In this document: one piece after another, positions 61,281-64,000 of the stretch
Layout of the letters: each line of letters starts with the position of its first letter
Numbering within the stretch: position 1 is the stretch's first letter
Assembly (NCBI GenBank): GCA_040954595.2
Contig: CM082577.2
Span: forward strand, 13,399,903-13,463,902
Source: Balanoglossus misakiensis
Lineage: Eukaryota; Animalia; Hemichordata
Direction of reading: 5' to 3'
DNA: 64,000 nt
Notes under the pieces: model-generated
The model's input: only the letters and a program-made list of their open reading frames with translations
What the model was told of the DNA's origin: nothing
The model's database searches: none
Translations under genes and position numbers: made by a program

Positions 61281-62568
61281 ATTTTTAGGTCCCATTGGTA
61301 TAGGCCTATATACCATGGGACCTTATGGGATGGGTTGCGTCTGTATGTATGTATGTATGGATGGATGGATGGATGTATGGATGTATGTCTGTATGTCCGT
61401 CCACATCAAAAACTTGAAAACCGCTGCGCGTATCACCTCAATATTTGGTGTGTAGGTGCAGGCTGGGCTGTAGATGAGAGTTTGTCCAAACGAAGTTGCC
61501 AGGCCCAAAAATATGCAAATTAGCTGGAAAAATGTGAAATTGATCAAAACTCTGTAAGTCAACAACTACTGGTCAGATTGCTTTGAAAATTGGTATGCAT
61601 GTACCTTATGTCAACCTCACCCCGACCTGTAAGTGTTAAGTTGATATCATGGATGTTTTATTTTTTATGAATTTTTAAGTCTTTTTATTAAATTTATACC
61701 TTTACTTATACCTCTAAGGTTAAGCTATGTCCACGTCTTATTGTGGAATTCTGGTCTGTGCAATAGTCCTGTACAGTGACTGTCTATTGGTCAGTGAGCA
61801 CAATGGGGCCAAAATAAAAGGCAAATTTTTGGGCTCACCTGTAACACCTGCTTAACACATTAATTATGTGCATACCTAATTCCGGGCTAACTAATAGGGC
61901 TAGAGGTTTCGTTCTTGTGGGACATGGACCAGTATAGGGTCAAAATTTCTTGCCCAAATTTTGGGTGACCTCAGGTGACCTTTGACCTACTTTCCTATAT
62001 CTCGGCATCCAGAGCAGGTACAGACTTGGCGTTTGGAGGGTTGGGACTAAAATTGAAAAGCCAAAATATGGGTCACCTGTGACACCTGCATATCTCATTA
62101 ATTATGTGCATACCTAATTCCAGGCTAACCAATAGGGCTATAGGTTTGGTTTTTGTTGAACATGGACCAGTATAGGGTCAAAATTTCTTGCCCAAATTTT
62201 GCATGACCTCAGGTGACCTTTGACCTACTTTTCCATATCTTGGCATCCAGAGCAGGTACAGACTTGGCGTTTGGGGGGTTGGGACTAAAATTGAAAAGCC
62301 AAAATTGGGGGTCACCTGTGACACCTGCATATCTCATTAATTATGTGCATACCTAATTCCAGGCTAACCAATAGGGCTATAGGTTTGGTTTTTGTTGAAC
62401 ATGGACCAGTATAGGGTCAAAATTTCTTGCCCAAACTTTGCATGACCTCAGGTGACCTTTGACCTACTTTTCCATATCTTGGCATCCAGAGCAGATATGC
62501 TTATTGCTATGTTGCTATGTGCTATGTCCTCAAATGGGACCACAGTGTCCTTGACGCTATTTTTTTCG
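61281..62568 (+). mobile_element. HINE-type (Helentron-associated, DINE-1/CvA/pearl-like) element with internal ~239-bp tandem array
   Basis: Inserted in a T-run. 5' hairpin aggtcccattggtata..tataccatgggacct, (GTAT/GGAT)n microsatellite 61341-61400, about 3 units at 61836, 62074, 62313, 3' copy of atgggacc, then a T-run. Confidence 0.8.
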
Positions 62569-62733
62569 GACGGTCAAAGCTATGAAGGCACATTAAATCA
62601 GAGTGATGTGTGAAATACAGGAATGATAAAAGGAAACCCATTCCTTCGAATTTCACCACTTCGTGTTCGTTCACTGTACGAATCACAACGCCGTCTCGCT
62701 CTCCATCAAACGTATTCAAACCCTCGATCGACG

Positions 62734-62883
62734 ATGTCTGCCCCACCAGCGAAGCGTAGAAGAAGAGAACTTACTCTTTCTGATAAGATTAAGCTTATCA
62801 AAGAGGCCGAGTCATCATCGCTGACGATGAAGAAATTAGGCGAAAAGTATAACATCGGAAAGTCAACCGTGTCCGACATCATC
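62734..62883 (+). pseudogene. Truncated Tigger/CENP-B-type N-terminal HTH (psq) of a pogo transposase
   Basis: MSAPPAKRRRRELTLSDKIKLIKEAESSSLTMKKLGEKYNIGKSTVSDII, then runs directly into the right TIR region. Confidence 0.85.
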
Positions 62884-64000
62884 GTGTCCGTTTTGTTGTT
62901 GCTATGTGTGCGGGTCGTACCAGAGTCCGGTGTTGACAGGTTTTACTGTAATTTATTAAGGATTTTTAGCTATTTTGTCAAAATGTTTTCAAAAAACCTT
63001 GTTTTTCGGAAATTTGGATTTCTATGTCATGTTTTAAGGTAATAACAGTATTTTAACATTATGAGCGTGAGAACTATACGGGCAAGTTCACAAAAATTAG
63101 AAATTTAAGTACGCACGTGCGTGGCTGAGATTGATTTATATTTGAGATGTCTATTTGTGAACTGGTATTTGACACATCTACATGCGTTCATAGCTTGGGT
63201 TCAATCAACAGTTCTATGAAATGTTGATCAATTGTATTTTGGTTTGCATTGTAACTTCGGCACATCAAAACATCACTGAAATTCTGTAAGGCAGCAGATA
63301 GTGTTCAATAGTGCTGGTCCCACAATGTTTGCGTGGCATGACATGTATTTCGCCAGTCGTCACATTTCTCTAAAAACTTCTATGGGGCTATATTGTTACA
63401 AAAATGAAAATTATACAATCTATGTGAATGTTGAGTTATTTAATGTGTCACAGATGTATCAATGTTTTGGTACCTCGAATAGGTGGTAGGTAGGTTGATA
63501 TTTGGGTTGATTGAGAACTACAGTTAGTTATATTTATTCCATAAAGGTTTTAAAGTCCACACCCATTCCAGCGCATTACAATTTCTGATGATCATCAATG
63601 CCATAACTGCTATGAATGTTGTTTTTTCTGAAAAAGACAATATTGTCAGAACTTTGATTAAACGTATTTTCTTTTAATTGTCATTTCACAGTTATAACCC
63701 AGCCACGGTGAAAAACTAATGATAAACAGTGGAAGATTGTTAGCACTGTTTGAAAAGAATTATATTACAACCATACTTCAGATAAATGTTTAACTTTTGT
63801 GTGTTTCCCGGTTTGTGTTCGGTTCTATATATACATAGTCCGGGTAAACATCTTTATCATTTAAACGGTGTACTTATATTCCTTTTATATACCAAATCTT
63901 TCATTTTAAGATGGGGTCGTTTTTTCTTATCTGTAGATTCTGGGTCATTTAGTGTCGTTGCACGAAAGGACAGAACTGTGGCGGTGGTTGTGAAGTTGGC

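Larger units (their letters stand above)
60855..62948 (+). mobile_element. pogo/Tigger (Tc1/mariner) internal-deletion derivative
   Basis: TA|cagtaaaacctgtcaaaaccggac ... gtccggtgttgacaggttttactg|TA; retains the transposase N-terminus. Confidence 0.9.
59165..63028. mobile_element. Non-autonomous TIR element with CACAACG left terminus (Transib-like?), right tip lost
   Basis: cacaacgacatagaaatcccaatttccgaaaac (59165-) versus gtttttcggaaatttggatttctatgtc (-63028). Replaces the ~500-bp segment equivalent to 49205-49711. Confidence 0.6.
50060..63170 (-). pseudogene. Partial tandem duplicate of the RTK2 5' half (upstream region, signal, IgV, IgI), broken by nested insertions; no TM or kinase exons
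   Basis: Colinear blocks: 50060-50139 ~ 46730-46805; 50730-51047 ~ 46803-47125; 57088-59162 ~ 47120-49204; 63028-63168 ~ 49712-49850. The IgI exon is split at 51048/57088 and has a GGA>TGA stop at ~51021-51023. IgV exon 57777-57445 is intact. Confidence 0.9.

Overview
Intron-rich, AT-rich animal genomic DNA. It is probably a marine invertebrate; a hemichordate-like deuterostome is plausible from gene and repeat content but cannot be proven from sequence alone. Three apparently intact spliced genes were reconstructed by eye. (1) A 4-exon TauD/TfdA-family (DdaC/SyrP/clavaminate-synthase-like) Fe(II)/2-oxoglutarate dioxygenase on the minus strand (13067-15930), followed by two decayed paralogs. 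(2) A plus-strand receptor tyrosine kinase (RTK1, 24912-33618) and (3) a convergent minus-strand RTK (RTK2, 36952-49223); both have Cad96Ca/Stitcher-like kinase and tail motifs but dissimilar Ig-type ectodomains. Upstream of RTK2 is a partial duplicate of its 5' half (about 50060-63170), expanded from about 3 kb to about 13 kb by nested transposons: a solo LTR, a Sola-like foldback, HINE-type elements, a pogo/Tigger derivative, a CAC-terminal element and a P-like mini-MITE. In that duplicate, transposon ends supply a new in-frame ATG and a new C-terminus around an intact IgV exon, giving a candidate 228-aa kinase-less decoy receptor. The first 12 kb holds a 160-bp satellite with a higher-order dimer and a Crypton-like hairpin insertion, a decayed Ngaro/DIRS retroelement, a TTAA MITE and a solo LTR. 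No rRNA, tRNA or CRISPR array was seen. All calls come from manual reading, with no database searches.
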